From a virus, in IMG/VR virus record IMGVR_UViG_3300042891_002337, positions 11,599 through 75,598 of that record: a DNA stretch of 64,000 nucleotides; one strand, written 5' to 3'. Shown piece by piece: positions 62,938 through 64,000 of the stretch. Under the pieces are notes generated by a model. That model did not search any database. It was not told where the DNA came from and saw only the letters and a program-made list of their open reading frames with translations. A program made the translations under genes and the position numbers. Numbering within the stretch: position 1 is the stretch's first letter; every line of letters starts with the position of its first letter.

Positions 62938-64000
62938 TCAGGCCTTGTCAGCCCTGATTCCTGCCAGAACAGCCCAGCGATCCACCTCGACGGATTCATT
63001 GATCACGCCACCAGGCCGCGTCGATCTTGAGGAGCTGCCAACTGTCCTGTTTGCACCCTCACTCAGAGACCCAGCGGAGCGGGACAGCGACTCCGAAAGG
63101 CTCGTGAAGAGGAGCTTTGCTTCCCTGAGGGACTGTGCGGAGTCAAGAGCCTCCACAATAGCCCTGAGCTGCTTGTCAGAGAGTGACCTGTTCTGCATAA
63201 GCTTATTGACATAGAGAAGCTTAGCATTGAATAGGTGCTGCTCTGCAAGCTGGCGACGCAGGGTGTCCGCCGCCGCGGCTGCCTCATTGACACGGGCCTT
63301 GAGAGCACGATTCATGCGTGCCTCCTTCACGGCCTCCTTCTTGGCAACCTCTGCTTCCTTCTTGGCCTTGGCTGCTTCAGCCTTGGCCTTCTTGGCCTCC
63401 TTCTTTGGCTCGTCCTTCTCGGACAGAGCGTTCAGCTCAGGAGGATCCTCGAAATAGTCTCCATCGTCCTCACCGCCACCGAAGTGACCGTAGGAATCCT
63501 CAACGGACTCACGGAGGCGACGCATGCGGGCAAGTGAGCGACGGAGCATTGACTCATCGATCTGGAAGACTGTCTGGCCACGACGGCGATAGGACTCCTT
63601 CTTTACAGGCTCCTCGTCTGCCTCGTCCATCTCATCGGCCTCATCCATCTCGTCGGCTTCGTCCATCTCATCAGCCTCGTCCATCTCATCGGCCTCGTCC
63701 ATCTCGTCTGCCTCGTCCATGTCCTCAGCCTCGTCCATCTCGTCGGCTTCGTCCATCTCGTCTGCCTCATCCATCTCGTCGGTCTCGTACATGCCCTCTT
63801 CCATCTCGTTGTCGAGCTCGTACATCTCGTCCATATCTTCTCCCTCAGTTGTTTCCTCACCGCCCTCGGTCTCGCCACCCTCATCGGAAGCCTTGACCTC
63901 CATTCCAACGGCGGATGCAAGAGACTCAAGTGCAGACTTCACTGCGTCGACATCGACGTCAGACTCACCGCCGGCCTCATCTCCCTCGGCCTCACGCATG
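62938..64000 (-). CDS. prohead core scaffolding protein (5' end outside the window)
   Basis: acidic/coiled-coil; LFNAKLLYVNKL...IVEALD.A.SLRE.K; directly upstream of the MCP. Confidence 0.85.
   Translation of the reverse strand, partial: MREAEGDEAGGESDVDVDAVKSALESLASAVGMEVKASDEGGETEGGEETTEGEDMDEMYELDNEMEEGMYETDEMDEADEMDEADEMDEAEDMDEADEMDEADEMDEADEMDEADEMDEADEMDEADEEPVKKESYRRRGQTVFQIDESMLRRSLARMRRLRESVEDSYGHFGGGEDDGDYFEDPPELNALSEKDEPKKEAKKAKAEAAKAKKEAEVAKKEAVKEARMNRALKARVNEAAAAADTLRRQLAEQHLFNAKLLYVNKLMQNRSLSDKQLRAIVEALDSAQSLREAKLLFTSLSESLSRSAGSLSEGANRTVGSSSRSTRPGGVINESVEVDRWAVLAGIRADKA
63613..63774 (-). repeat. 9 x 18-bp tandem repeat encoding (MDEADE)n
   Basis: Met codon recurs every 18 nt through the interval, with synonymous variation elsewhere. 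Confidence 0.95.

Noticed and set aside
63613-63774. Short periodic repeat as a possible CRISPR array
   Set aside because: Contiguous 18-bp coding repeat without unique spacers; no cas genes.
1-64000. Stop-codon reassignment, as in some jumbo phages
   Set aside because: Long genes are intact in the standard code, and TAA, TGA and TAG all terminate genes (dnaE ends in TAG).
1-64000. tRNA or rRNA genes
   Set aside because: Intergenic gaps are short (under ~115 nt) and none shows a cloverleaf by eye; tRNAscan-SE would confirm.

Overview
A 64-kb segment of a large myovirus-type (T4-superfamily-like, probably jumbo) bacteriophage genome. Every credible gene lies on the minus strand. In transcription order (right to left) it holds: (i) a head/neck/tail block (scaffold, gp23-like major capsid protein, neck proteins, two tandem tail-sheath genes, tail tube, tail-assembly chaperone with a candidate +1 frameshift, 1842-aa tape measure, baseplate proteins); (ii) a replication/repair block (minimal family-A polymerase, gp32-like SSB, RecA, 5'-3' exonuclease, DnaB-like helicase, class II RNR, ClpP-like protease, ThyX, eukaryote-type PMM, MBD4-like and Nei glycosylases, dUTPase); (iii) a small late tail-fibre module plus a Pol-beta-type nucleotidyltransferase; (iv) a nucleotide-metabolism cluster directly upstream of dnaE, centred on a second, active-site-altered ThyX paralogue; (v) a late cluster of likely capsid-internal proteins, including a Fe/Mn SOD. 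The most notable signals are the candidate non-canonical nucleotide/DNA-modification pathway, shared N- and C-terminal sorting/cleavage motifs on unrelated late proteins, two promoter classes with leaderless starts, RBS-occluding hairpins with a promoter in the loop, and the frameshift site. I found no tRNA, rRNA, CRISPR array, intein or mobile element. All calls come from reading motifs by eye; no database searches were run.
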